Assembly (NCBI GenBank): GCA_016869375.1
Contig: VGEH01000003.1
Location: forward strand, 1,491-65,490
Direction: 5' to 3'
Length of the DNA stretch: 64,000 nucleotides
From: Alphaproteobacteria bacterium
Lineage (GTDB): Bacteria > Pseudomonadota > Alphaproteobacteria > SHVZ01
Positions 51,601 to 59,776 of the stretch are shown piece after piece; position 1 is the first letter of the stretch; each line of letters opens with the position of its first letter. Position numbers and translations under genes: made by a program. Under the pieces are notes generated by a model that saw only the letters and a program-made list of their open reading frames with translations, was not told the origin of the DNA and did not search any database.

Positions 51601-52333
51601 CTCCGTCGGCGGCCACAAGGTGTATCTCCGCACCGGCGAGTACGACGACGGCAAGGTCGGCGAGATCTTCATCGACATGCACAAGGAAGGGGCGGCGCTC
51701 CGCTCCTGGGTGAACAACTTCGCCATCGCGATCTCGATCGGGCTCCAGTACGGCGTGCCGCTCGAGGAGTTCGTCGAGGCCTTCACCTTCACGCGCTTCG
51801 AGCCCTCAGGCCCGGTCGAAGGCAACGAGGCGATCAAGATGTCGACCTCGATCCTCGACTACATCTTCCGCGAGCTCGCGATCAGCTATCTCGACCGCAC
51901 CGACCTGGCGCATGTGCAGCCGGACGACCTGCTGCCGGGTGCCATGGGATCGGGAGAAGCCGAGAGCGCGCTGCCGAAGCCGGTGATGCCGGTGGAGAAG
52001 CTGAGCCGCGGCTTCGTGCGCACCAACCTTGTCGTCTTCCGCGGCGGTGCCGCCCCGGTGATCGAAAGCCAGCCGCAGGTGATGCACGCGCATGCCGCGA
52101 CCGCCCAAGCCAACGGGGCCGTCGCCATGCACAGCTTCGCCGAAGGGGCGACCGCGCTTGCGGTCGAGCCCGAGGTGATGGCGGCGGTCGATGCCAAGCT
52201 CGCGCGTCGCCGCGAGGCCAAGCTCAAGGGCTACGAAGGCGATTCCTGCGGCGAGTGCGGCAACTTCACGCTCGTGCGCAACGGCACCTGCCTCAAATGC
52301 GACAGCTGCGGGTCGACCACCGGCTGCAGCTGA
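48674..52333 (+). CDS. nrdJ: Vitamin B12-dependent ribonucleotide reductase, class II (long alphaproteobacterial form)
   Basis: 1219 aa. NPCSEY...CNL active-site region, [15 protein letters not shown]-terminal Zn-ribbon [28 protein letters not shown]. Confidence 0.97.
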   Translation: MRVTRRFTTEGQDPFSSIAFRNATSEIRNPDGSIVFRLADIEVPEEFSQVAADILAQKYFRKAGIPAALKPVEENTIPSWLWRKTADEAALAKLDKDKRSTHERSAKEVFHRLAGTWTYWGWKGGYFDTEADARAFHDEHCYMLARQMVAPNSPQWFNTGLHWAYGIDGPAQGHYYVDFQSGKLVQSESAYEHPQPHACFIQSVSDDLVNEGGIMDLWVREARLFKYGSGTGSNFSKLRGDGEKLSGGGRSSGLMSFLKIGDRAAGAIKSGGTTRRAAKMVTVDIDHPDIETYIKWKMVEEQKVAALVSGSRLAAKHLNEVMAACTDGTSSDDRFDPKKNKALKKAILTARKAMIPENYVQRVIHFAKQGYDKIEFPTYDTDWDSDAYLTVSGQNSNNSVRLNNEFLDAVIANGDWKLVRRTDGKIAKTMKARELWNLVGEAAWACADPGVQYDSTINEWHTCPESGRINASNPCSEYMFLDDTACNLASMNLLTYRHADGSFDIEAYEHVTRLWTMVLEISVMMAQFPSKAIAELSYEFRTLGLGYANIGGLLMASGIAYDSDEGRAICAALTATMTGVAYATSAEMAGELGTFPGYAKNREHMLRVMRNHRRAAYGEADGYEGLAIKPVPLDSESCPDQALIKAARKAWDEALRLGEIHGYRNAQASVVAPTGTIGLVMDCDTTGIEPDFALVKFKKLAGGGYFKIINRLVPDALRALGYPEAQIEEIVAYAVGHGTLKDAPAIDHRALRAKGFTSEALTALEGSLGSAFDIKFAFNKWTLGEEFCRVNLKIPAEKLDEAGFDLLGHLGFSRSDIEAANTYCCGAMTVEGAPYLKAEHLAVFDCANPCGRIGTRSLSVESHIRMMAASQPFISGAISKTINMPNLATVEDCKNAYMLSWRLGLKANALYRDGSKLSQPLSAALIDDEEAIDEIADAAPAEKAPIIAEKIVERIIERVASRQRLPQRRKGYTQKASVGGHKVYLRTGEYDDGKVGEIFIDMHKEGAALRSWVNNFAIAISIGLQYGVPLEEFVEAFTFTRFEPSGPVEGNEAIKMSTSILDYIFRELAISYLDRTDLAHVQPDDLLPGAMGSGEAESALPKPVMPVEKLSRGFVRTNLVVFRGGAAPVIESQPQVMHAHAATAQANGAVAMHSFAEGATALAVEPEVMAAVDAKLARRREAKLKGYEGDSCGECGNFTLVRNGTCLKCDSCGSTTGCS

Positions 52334-52362
52334 TCCGACAGCTCCTCGGGGGAGCGCTCAGC

Positions 52363-52393
52363 AAAGGGCACGGCCGAAAGGCCGTGCCTTTTG
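52363..52393 (+). terminator. Rho-independent terminator of nrdJ
   Basis: AAAGGGCACGGCC-GAAA-GGCCGTGCCTTTTG: a GC-rich stem of 9-10 bp, a GAAA loop and a T-tract, 30 nt after the stop. Confidence 0.8.
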
Positions 52394-52523
52394 CTCTCCG
52401 GCAGCGTGATCTTTGCCTCTTGGAGGAGATGGGTTAGGGTCGCCGCAGAGCACCATCTAAGCGTGGACGTGAAAAACGCTCCATCTATCTCCGCGCGTCC
52501 TCCAGGGAAATGCCGCGACCATC

Positions 52524-52985
52524 ATGCCCAGCGACTATCTCGACGAAAAGCGACGCTCCCTCGAGCAGGCCGCCCTTACCAACGTCGTCGCCTCCAACGC
52601 CATCCACCGGGACGCGATCATCGAGTTCCTCGACCAGTTCGAGGTGCCGAACGCGATCACCGTGCTGCGTCGCGAGCCGCGCGAGAACGCGATCCTGTTC
52701 GCCAACCTCGCCTTCACGCAGCACTTCACCGGGCGCCGGGAGCAGGTCCTGCTTTCGACGGTGCTCGATTTCGTGGGGATTCGCGCCGCGGTGATCGGCT
52801 TCGTCCGCCGCTTCATCGATGCGCTGTTCAAGGAAGGCCGGGGCTCCGGCGCGATCTCGACATACACCAGCGACCGCCGGCGCTACCTCACCAACGTGAC
52901 ATCGTATCGCTTCCGGGGCTTCGACAACGACGACTACGCGCTGTCCTTCGTCGACCCGGTGCGTGAGACGACGCGGCGGCGATAG
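52524..52985 (+). CDS. Hypothetical protein, possibly a stand-alone PAS-like fold
   Basis: 153 aa. The block NAILFANLAFTQHFTGRREQVLLSTVLDF resembles the PAS core I.(F/Y).N.AF....G. Weak, by eye only. Confidence 0.45.
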   Translation: MPSDYLDEKRRSLEQAALTNVVASNAIHRDAIIEFLDQFEVPNAITVLRREPRENAILFANLAFTQHFTGRREQVLLSTVLDFVGIRAAVIGFVRRFIDALFKEGRGSGAISTYTSDRRRYLTNVTSYRFRGFDNDDYALSFVDPVRETTRRR

Positions 52986-52988
52986 GGC

Positions 52989-53387
52989 TCAGATCCAGTT
53001 CTCGGTGCGTAGGCCGGGCACGCGCTCGAACTCCCGTAGATTGTTCGTCACGAGGACCAGGCCTTCGCATCGGGCGTGAGCGGCGATCATCGTGTCGTAG
53101 GCGCCAATGGCTCGGCCGGACTGCTCGAGGGCGGCCCTGATCTGTCCGTAGTGTGCGGCGGCGCGCTCCGTGAAGGGCAGGACATCGAGCCTCGCCATGA
53201 ACGACTCCGCTATCGCCAAGTTCTCGACGGGGCGCGCCGACTTTTCCGCTCCGTAGATCAGCTCTCCGGCGCTGACCGCCGAGATGCTCAGCTGATCTTC
53301 CAGGCTGTTGAAGCGATCCTTCAGGCCGGAAGGACGGTTCTTGATCACATAGATGCAAATATTTGTATCGAGCATGTAGCGCAGCAT
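52989..53387 (-). CDS. vapC: Type II toxin VapC (PIN-domain ribonuclease)
   Basis: 132 aa. MLDTNICIY (first acidic residue), ISAVSAGEL, YDTMIAAHA, LVTNNLREF. Confidence 0.9.
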   Translation of the reverse strand: MLRYMLDTNICIYVIKNRPSGLKDRFNSLEDQLSISAVSAGELIYGAEKSARPVENLAIAESFMARLDVLPFTERAAAHYGQIRAALEQSGRAIGAYDTMIAAHARCEGLVLVTNNLREFERVPGLRTENWI

Positions 53388-53617
53388 CAGAGCGGCTCAC
53401 GGTCATCCGCCTTGGGCTGTACGCGCTTTGCTCCGAAGTCCTCCGAGGCCCTCGGCCCCTCGAAGAACGCATCCCAAGATTCTCCCGCCGGGCTTATCAG
53501 CCGGCTGCGGCCGATCTTGGTGACTTCCACCTGATGCACATCGTCCGGAAGGGCGACCTGCTTGGGCAGGCGTACTGCCTGGCTTCGATTGCTCATGAAT
53601 ACGGTCGAACGCGCCAT
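53387..53617 (-). CDS. vapB: Type II antitoxin VapB (AbrB/SpoVT-MazE fold)
   Basis: 76 aa. STVFMSNRSQAVRLPKQV swapped-hairpin motif. Its stop overlaps the vapC start by 1 nt. Confidence 0.85.
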   Translation of the reverse strand: MARSTVFMSNRSQAVRLPKQVALPDDVHQVEVTKIGRSRLISPAGESWDAFFEGPRASEDFGAKRVQPKADDREPL

Positions 53618-53627
53618 GCAGGCCTCG

Positions 53628-53650
53628 CGTATATCCCAGGGGGATATACG
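53628..53650. promoter_or_regulatory. Perfect 10-bp inverted repeat, candidate VapB(C) operator
   Basis: CGTATATCCC-AGG-GGGATATACG lies 11-33 nt upstream of the vapB ATG (53617) and immediately upstream of the GAGG RBS. Confidence 0.6.
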
Positions 53651-53683
53651 TGGCGTTTTAGAGGGCTCGCGTCAAGTCCGGGC

Positions 53684-54172
53684 TCAGGCCCGTTCCAGGT
53701 GCAGGTGGCAGCAGCCTGACTTGCCTTCGGTCCAGGTGTCGGCCGAGAAGCTGACGCCACGGCCGCCGAAGACGCCGTTGTCGAAATGCCCGGCGATCTT
53801 GCAGATCATCGCCATATCGGCGGCGGGGAGCTTCGATTCCTCCCACGCTTCCTTCAGCGGGCAGACCTTCACCTGGATGTGGATGCCGCCCTTGTCGTCG
53901 CGGCGGACATCGGTCGGGAAGAGCCGCCCGTTCGCCGGCGAGACGGCGAGGAAACGCTCGCCGATCGCGACCGGATCGGCGTGTGTGTTGCGGAACAAGG
54001 CATCGCCCGCCGCCTTGCCGCGGCGCTCGATCGCGCGCGAGAGAAGCTTCTGGGCCTGATCCGGTCCGAGCTCGAGGCGGAGCTCGTCATAGATCTCCCA
54101 GTAGATCAGCGCGCGGTTTTTGAAGGCGTCCTTGAGCTCGCGTTCGAGCTGGTCGGGATCCTTCTGGCTCAA
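53684..54172 (-). CDS. L-2-amino-thiazoline-4-carboxylic acid hydrolase (ATC hydrolase, PF14196-like) family protein
   Basis: About 162 aa from TTG 54172, which overlaps the upstream stop as TTGA (the track ORF extends to 54346 inside the aminotransferase). Cys-containing C-terminus VCPLKEAWEE...ICKIAGHFDNG...GKSGCCHLHLE. Family recalled from memory. Confidence 0.5.
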   Translation of the reverse strand: MSQKDPDQLERELKDAFKNRALIYWEIYDELRLELGPDQAQKLLSRAIERRGKAAGDALFRNTHADPVAIGERFLAVSPANGRLFPTDVRRDDKGGIHIQVKVCPLKEAWEESKLPAADMAMICKIAGHFDNGVFGGRGVSFSADTWTEGKSGCCHLHLERA

Positions 54173-55563
54173 CGGATGTCGCCCTCTTCCTTGAGGAGCT
54201 TGAGCGTCGCGCGCAAGGCGCCGGCCGTCTTCTCCAGATCGGCATCGCTGTGCACCGCCGACATGATGCCGCCGGGGCCGCCATTGACGTCGACGCCGTT
54301 CGCCAGCATGCCGAGCCGGATCTTGTGCGTGATGTTGGCGCTCCACGCGCCCTTGAGCTCGTCCGGGTCGACGGCGAAGGCGTCGAAATTCTTCGCGTCG
54401 ATCGCACGCTTCTTCGGGTTGGTGAAGATGTGGAAGCCGGCGAAGGTGCCGAAGGCGGCCCAGGGAACGCTTTCGGCGTGGATGACGTCGTTGAGCAGCC
54501 CGCGCAGCTTCGCCGCCGAGGCATTGGCGCGCGCGCAGGCGTCGGTGTTCTTGATGATCGTCAGCGCCGCGATGCCGGCCGCGGCCGAGATCGGGTTGGC
54601 GTTGTAGGTTCCGGGGTGCTGGATCTTCTCGACGCCCTTCGCCTTGGTCTGGGCGAAGTCGAGCAGCTCCAGGATGTCCTTGCGCCCGACGATGGCGCCG
54701 CCCGGCAGGCCGCCGGCGACGATCTTGGCGAGCGAGGTCATGTCCGGCGTGATCTTGTACTCGGCCTGCGCGCCGCCGGGGGAGACGCGGAAGCCGGTCA
54801 CCACCTCGTCGAACATCAGCAGGATGCCCTTCTCCTTGGTGATCTTGCGCAGGAAGGCGAGGAAGGAGGGCTTCATCGGCACGCGCCCGAAGCTCGCGCC
54901 CGTCGGCTCGAGGATGACGAGGGCGATATCGGGATTGGCCTCGATCGCCTTCCGGGTGCCTTCCTCGTCATTCGCATTCGCCAGCACCACGGCGTCGGCC
55001 ACGCCCTTGACCACGCCGGCGGTCGGCGTGCCGTCGAAGTGGTTGGCCATGCCCGAGGTCATGTGGTCGTGCCAGCCGTGGAAATGCGTCTTGAAGCGCA
55101 GGACCTTGTCGCGGCCGGTGAAGGCGCGAGCCAGGCGCACGCCCATCAGCGTCGCCTCTGTGCCCGAGGAGGTGAAGCGCACGCGCTCGGCGGACGGCAC
55201 CATCTCGCGGATCAGCTCGGCCCAGCGTACCTCGAGCGGGTGGCTGGCGCCGTAATGGCTGCCCTTGGCGATCTGCTCCTGGACGGCCTTGGTCACTTCC
55301 GGGTGGTTATGGCCGAGCAGCAGCGCGCCGTGGCCGCCGAAGTAGTCCACATAGTCGTTGCCGTCGACGTCCCACTTATGCGAGCCCTGGGCCTTCTCGA
55401 CATAGAGCGCATAGGGCTCCAGATAGCGCGAATCATGCGTCAGGCCGGAGGGGAACAGGTCGGAGGCCTGCCGGGAGAGCTTCTCCGAGCCCGGGGTCTT
55501 CTCCCGGTAGCGCGAGACGATCAGGGAATTGCTGAGCCACTGCGCCGGGGCCTGGTCGGGCAT
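54169..55563 (-). CDS. Class III PLP-dependent aminotransferase (glutamate-1-semialdehyde 2,1-aminomutase-like)
   Basis: 464 aa from ATG 55563 (MPDQAPAQW). Blocks FTSSGTEATLMGVRLARAFTGRDKVLRFKTHFHGWHD and LMFDEVVTGFRVSPGGAQAEYKITPDMTSLAKIVAGGLP (Schiff-base Lys). The 728-aa track ORF upstream of 55563 is a shadow of the DUF6481-like gene. Confidence 0.88.
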   Translation of the reverse strand: MPDQAPAQWLSNSLIVSRYREKTPGSEKLSRQASDLFPSGLTHDSRYLEPYALYVEKAQGSHKWDVDGNDYVDYFGGHGALLLGHNHPEVTKAVQEQIAKGSHYGASHPLEVRWAELIREMVPSAERVRFTSSGTEATLMGVRLARAFTGRDKVLRFKTHFHGWHDHMTSGMANHFDGTPTAGVVKGVADAVVLANANDEEGTRKAIEANPDIALVILEPTGASFGRVPMKPSFLAFLRKITKEKGILLMFDEVVTGFRVSPGGAQAEYKITPDMTSLAKIVAGGLPGGAIVGRKDILELLDFAQTKAKGVEKIQHPGTYNANPISAAAGIAALTIIKNTDACARANASAAKLRGLLNDVIHAESVPWAAFGTFAGFHIFTNPKKRAIDAKNFDAFAVDPDELKGAWSANITHKIRLGMLANGVDVNGGPGGIMSAVHSDADLEKTAGALRATLKLLKEEGDIR

Positions 55564-55845
55564 CGCCCACTCCGTAGGTTTGTGTCGGATCGGAAATATC
55601 GCGAGAACAGGCCGGAGGCTAGTGCCTAGGCGAGGCCAAGGCAACGCCGGAACCGCGGCATCTCCGCGGAAGGCCTGGATTTCCATCCAGGGGCCGGGCG
55701 GGCGTCGATTTGCCGCCTCGCCTTTCGCGGCCAACGTGCCTATATGTGCCTCGTCGTCAGGTCGGCCTGCGGCAGGCCCGCACGGAGACCTGATCGCTGG
55801 CCTGCTGCGGTAGGCGTGGCAGGCGCGAACGAGGCCAAGGAGAGC

Positions 55846-56337
55846 ATGGACGGATTTAAGGGAACCACCTTCAGCGATCGGCTGAAGGCATCGAACGAGG
55901 CGCGCAGGCGCGCCCTGGAAAAGTTCAAGGCGCAGGCGGAGGATCCCGCGGTCGCCGAAAGGCGCGCCGAGCGTGAGGCGATCAACGCGGCTCGCGAGGC
56001 CCGCGAGGCCGAGCGCAAGGCGGCGCGGCAGGCCGAGGAGGCGCGACTGGCAGCCGAGAAGGCCGCCCGCGAAGCGGAGCAGGCAAGGCTTGCGGCCGAG
56101 AAGGCGGCCAGGGAAGCGGCCGAGCGCGCCGCGCGCGAAGCCGCCGAAAAGGCCGAGCGCGAGGCCCGCGAGGCGGCTGAGAAGGTCGAGCGCGAAGCGC
56201 GCGAGGAAGAGAAGCGGATCGCCCGCGAGCTGCGCGAGGCCGAGCAGCAGGCGGAGCGCGACGCGCGCTATGCCGAGCGCAAGGCTCGGAAGGCGATGGG
56301 CAAGGGCAAGCTGAGGCGCGGCGGCAGCCCTTACTAG
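55846..56337 (+). CDS. Conserved Ala/Glu/Arg/Lys-rich coiled-coil protein (DUF6481-like)
   Basis: 163 aa from ATG 55846 (MDGFKGTTFSDRLKASNEARRRALEKFKA), followed by degenerate AAREAAEKAEREARE repeats. Family name recalled from memory. Confidence 0.6.
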   Translation: MDGFKGTTFSDRLKASNEARRRALEKFKAQAEDPAVAERRAEREAINAAREAREAERKAARQAEEARLAAEKAAREAEQARLAAEKAAREAAERAAREAAEKAEREAREAAEKVEREAREEEKRIARELREAEQQAERDARYAERKARKAMGKGKLRRGGSPY

Positions 56338-57221
56338 GCCCCGCCCTTCAGCCATTCCGGCCGCTCATAGGCCGGATTCGGATAGGTGTAGAAGCCTCTG
56401 CCGGTGGCGACCCCCAGGTCGCCCCGCTCGACCATGTCGTAGAGGACCTTCGGTGGCCGGTCGCTCTCGTCACCCGACGCTTCGAAATAGCGTTCCTCGA
56501 TCTTGAGGATGGTGGCGAGGCCGACTTGGTCCATCAGGCCGAAGGGCCCGTAGGGCGTGCCGAAGGTCAGCATCCAGGCGCGGTCGATATCCTCGGGACG
56601 GCCCGCGCCGCGCCCCCATTGCTGCAGCACCTCCTTCTTGATCGCGCGCCAGAGGCGGTTGAAGGAGTAACCCATCTGCTCGACGCGGGTGAGGACCGGG
56701 ATCATCCGGATCGCCTCGGCCCAGGCGAGCGCGAAGTCGATGGTCTCCGGCGCCGTCTTGTCCCCGCCCATGATCTCCACCAACCCTTGCGAGCGCGGGT
56801 CGGTGAAGTTCATGTTGAAGAAGTGTTGCGGCCGGCCCGAGGCATCGGCGAGCGGCGAGCACAGCAGCGACGAGGTGTTGGAGCCCATATAGGCATCCGC
56901 CGCGAGCCGCATGCCGATATCGGCATGCACGCGCTGCTTCAGGCCTAAGTCTTCCGGTACGTTCTCGAAGGCGAGCTGCGCATCGGCGAGCGCGCGGTCC
57001 AGATCCGTCGTGTAGCTGAGATTCTCCGCGAGACGCCGGCGCTCCTCTTCCTCGCTCCAGCCATGGACCTGTCCCAGCACCGCTTCGAGCTGGGTCGCCG
57101 AGATGTCGTAGGCGCGCGTCGGGATACCCATGCGCGCGCAGGTCCAGGCGACCTTGGCGCCCATGACGCCCATGCCGATGACGGCGATCGGGCGGGCAGG
57201 ATCGAATTTCGGGAAGGCCAT
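56334..57221 (-). CDS. 3-hydroxyacyl-CoA dehydrogenase family protein
   Basis: 295 aa. Rossmann IAVIGMGVMGAKVA, NTSSL, C-terminal 3HCDH domain GFYTY. Confidence 0.85.
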   Translation of the reverse strand: MAFPKFDPARPIAVIGMGVMGAKVAWTCARMGIPTRAYDISATQLEAVLGQVHGWSEEEERRRLAENLSYTTDLDRALADAQLAFENVPEDLGLKQRVHADIGMRLAADAYMGSNTSSLLCSPLADASGRPQHFFNMNFTDPRSQGLVEIMGGDKTAPETIDFALAWAEAIRMIPVLTRVEQMGYSFNRLWRAIKKEVLQQWGRGAGRPEDIDRAWMLTFGTPYGPFGLMDQVGLATILKIEERYFEASGDESDRPPKVLYDMVERGDLGVATGRGFYTYPNPAYERPEWLKGGA

Positions 57222-57283
57222 GGGATGAGCGTCCTGAATCGTGTCTCGGGCTAGTCTGCCGTCTCTAGGGCGGGAGGCGAAAG

Positions 57284-58258
57284 ATGGATCGTGCCGAAGC
57301 GGTGCTGCGCGACGCGCTGGTCTGGGACAATGTCTGGCCGCTGGAACCCTGGGCAGGCAATGGCTGGGTCAAGCTGCCGGATTTTGCCTCTGCGGGTTGG
57401 AATGTCCTGTCGCTGACCATCGCGGGCGATGACCACTCGATCGGCCAGGCCTTCGCCCGCGTCGCCGCCGCCCGCAAGCGCATCCTCGCCGACTCGAGCT
57501 TGGTTTTCGTCGAGACGGTCGACGACATCCTCGCCGCCAGGAAAGCGGGAAAGCTCGCAATCACGCTCCATTTCGAAGGCACGCGCTGCTTCGAGCGCAG
57601 CCTCGACGTGATCGAGCCGTTCTTCCGGCTCGGCGTGCGCCACACGCTACTTGCCTTCAACGCGTCGAACTCCGCCGGCGGCGGATGCGCCGAGAAGGAG
57701 GATGGCGGGCTCACGATCTTCGGCCGCAAGCTGATCGCCGAGATGGAACGGGTAGGCATGATGCTGGATCTCAGCCATGTCGGGGCGCGCACCAGCCTCG
57801 ATGCGCTCGTCGCCTCGACCAAGCCGGTGCTGTTCACGCATTCGAATGCGTCCGCGGTGCATCCGCATTACCGCAACCTGACCGACGAGCAGATCCGCGC
57901 CTGTGCCAGGACCGGCGGCCTCGTCGGACTTTCCGGGTCTAGCGACTATCTCGGCGACACGGGGGCCTCGACCGAGGCGCTGTTCCGTCATCTCGACCAC
58001 ATCGCCCAGCTGGTCGGCATCGACCATATCGGCCTCGATCTCGTCTTCGATGCCGAAGCGGTGTCGAACTTCGCCCGCAGCCGCGCCGATGAATGGCCGC
58101 AGGCCCGCGACCCGAACTGGCCGGGCTTCCGGTACGCCAGGCTTTCGCAGCTCGTGGAGCTGGTGCGGATGATGCTGTCGAGGGGCTATTCGGAGAGCGA
58201 CGTCGCCAAGTTCCTCGGCGGCAACTACCTGCGCATCGCGCGAGCGTTCTGGGGCTAG
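57284..58258 (+). CDS. Peptidase M19 (renal/membrane dipeptidase)-family protein, atypical N-terminal metal site
   Basis: 324 aa. Colinear with M19: HFEG, LGVRHTLLAFN, MLDLSHVG, VLFTHSNA, RNLTD, IDHIGLDLVFD. The canonical N-terminal DGHND is VWDNV here. Confidence 0.75.
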   Translation: MDRAEAVLRDALVWDNVWPLEPWAGNGWVKLPDFASAGWNVLSLTIAGDDHSIGQAFARVAAARKRILADSSLVFVETVDDILAARKAGKLAITLHFEGTRCFERSLDVIEPFFRLGVRHTLLAFNASNSAGGGCAEKEDGGLTIFGRKLIAEMERVGMMLDLSHVGARTSLDALVASTKPVLFTHSNASAVHPHYRNLTDEQIRACARTGGLVGLSGSSDYLGDTGASTEALFRHLDHIAQLVGIDHIGLDLVFDAEAVSNFARSRADEWPQARDPNWPGFRYARLSQLVELVRMMLSRGYSESDVAKFLGGNYLRIARAFWG

Positions 58259-59772
58259 GACGAAGCGCGCGTCCGGAGGTCGTTGAGGAGCGCGCCCGAC
58301 ACCACGCGCGGCACCTTGTTCTGGCCGCCGAGCTTGCCGCGCGCGCGCATCCAGTCGGCGAAGAAGCCCGGCCGCACCGCCAGCACCTCCGGCGGGTCCA
58401 TGCCGGTGCCGCCCGAGCGATGCGCGGCGTAGTCCTCGTTGCGCGCGCGGAGATCGGCATCGGTGGCGGCGGCGAAGCGGGCAACCGCCGCGGCGTCGGG
58501 CGGCGGATCGAACTCGACGATGTAGAGGTGCCGGCCGAGCGCGCGGCGCTCATCGGGATAGATCGCACCGACGCTGAAGTCGGATACGGCGGCGCCGATC
58601 GCCCGTGCGCCCGCGGCGACGGCATGCTCCAGCTCCTCGCCGATCACATGCTCGCCAAAAGCCGAGAGTGAATAGCTCGTGCGGCCGGTGACCAGGAGGC
58701 GAGGGGGATCGCGGTCGACCAGGCGCACCGCGTCACCGATCACGTAGCCGAACAGCCCGGCATTGGTCGACAGCACGATGGCGTAGTCGATGCCGGTCTC
58801 GGCATTGCCGATCCAGTGGCGGGTCGGACTCTCGGCACCGAGCTCGGCGACCGGCACGAATTCGTGGAAGAGGCCGTTGTCGAGGATCAGCCTGAGGCCT
58901 TCGCCAGGGCCGCGATCGGCGACGGCGATGAAGCCCTCGCTCGCGGCATAGACTTCGCGCGTCTCGGCGTTGCTCCCTTCGAGCCAGCGGGCGAAGCCGG
59001 TCTGATACGGAGCAAAGCCGACGCCGCCATGCACGACCAGCTCGAGATCGGGAAACCACGAGGCGAGCCGTCGCGGGTCGCTGGGCGAGAGCGCCGCGAG
59101 GCGCTCGAAGAGGATGAGCAGCCAGCTCGGTGTGCCGCTGATCGAGCGGATATCGGGAGGGGCCGCGCGCGCGATGCGGTCGAGCTTCTCGTCCCAGTTC
59201 TCCAGCAACGCCAGGCCCGGCGGCGGGAAGTAGCGCCGCTGCGCCCAGAGCGGCACCTGGCACGCGGCGATGCCGCTGAGATCGCCGGAGCGCACGCCGG
59301 GCGCGCGCTCGATCAGCCCGGTCGAGCCGCCGAGCACGAGGCTCGGGCCGCCGAAGATGCGGCTTTGCGGCTTGGCGTTCAGATGCCAGGTCAGCACGTC
59401 GAGCGCGGCGCGCTTGTTGGCGTCGATCATCTGGCGCGAGACGGGGATCCACTTGGTGGTGCCGGAAGAGGTCCCGGAGCTGACGGCCAAATGCCCGATG
59501 CGTCCGGGCCAGGTCACGTCATCGATCGCCGGGAAAACCGGCTTCAGCCAGTCGCGCCAGAAATCCTCGTAACGGCGCAGCGGCACCTGCTGCTGGAAAT
59601 CGGCGACGGAGTTGATCGATCGGAAGGCATGCGCACGCCCGAAGCGCGTGTCGCGTGCGCGGCGAAGGAGGGAGAGAAGCTCGCATTCCTGCGTCCTGAC
59701 CGGATCGAGCCGCGCGAGGCGCCGGCGGCGGTGCCAGCCATAGAGGCGCAGCAACGGCGTCGCGTCGCGCAT
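58255..59772 (-). CDS. GH3-family (auxin-responsive GH3-like) acyl-acid amido synthetase homologue
   Basis: About 505 aa from ATG 59772 (the ORF is open to 59799). Blocks T.FGRAHAFRSINSVADFQQQVPLRRYEDF and VSSGTSSGTTKWIPVS are typical of bacterial GH3 proteins. Confidence 0.8.
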   Translation of the reverse strand: MRDATPLLRLYGWHRRRRLARLDPVRTQECELLSLLRRARDTRFGRAHAFRSINSVADFQQQVPLRRYEDFWRDWLKPVFPAIDDVTWPGRIGHLAVSSGTSSGTTKWIPVSRQMIDANKRAALDVLTWHLNAKPQSRIFGGPSLVLGGSTGLIERAPGVRSGDLSGIAACQVPLWAQRRYFPPPGLALLENWDEKLDRIARAAPPDIRSISGTPSWLLILFERLAALSPSDPRRLASWFPDLELVVHGGVGFAPYQTGFARWLEGSNAETREVYAASEGFIAVADRGPGEGLRLILDNGLFHEFVPVAELGAESPTRHWIGNAETGIDYAIVLSTNAGLFGYVIGDAVRLVDRDPPRLLVTGRTSYSLSAFGEHVIGEELEHAVAAGARAIGAAVSDFSVGAIYPDERRALGRHLYIVEFDPPPDAAAVARFAAATDADLRARNEDYAAHRSGGTGMDPPEVLAVRPGFFADWMRARGKLGGQNKVPRVVSGALLNDLRTRASS

Positions 59773-59776
59773 GGGG

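Noticed and set aside
48674-52333. Possible intein or insertion in the 1219-aa nrdJ.
   Set aside because: This length is normal for the long alphaproteobacterial class II RNR as I recall it. I saw no intein splice-junction or homing-endonuclease blocks, and the sequence is colinear throughout, including the C-terminal Zn-ribbon.
55564-56355. N-terminal 264 codons of the 728-aa track ORF (54169-56355).
   Set aside because: This stretch is the antisense of the Ala/Glu/Arg-repeat gene at 55846-56337. The aminotransferase homology only begins at MPDQAPAQW (ATG 55563). The upstream translation is Leu/Ala/Gly/Arg repeat mirror sequence.
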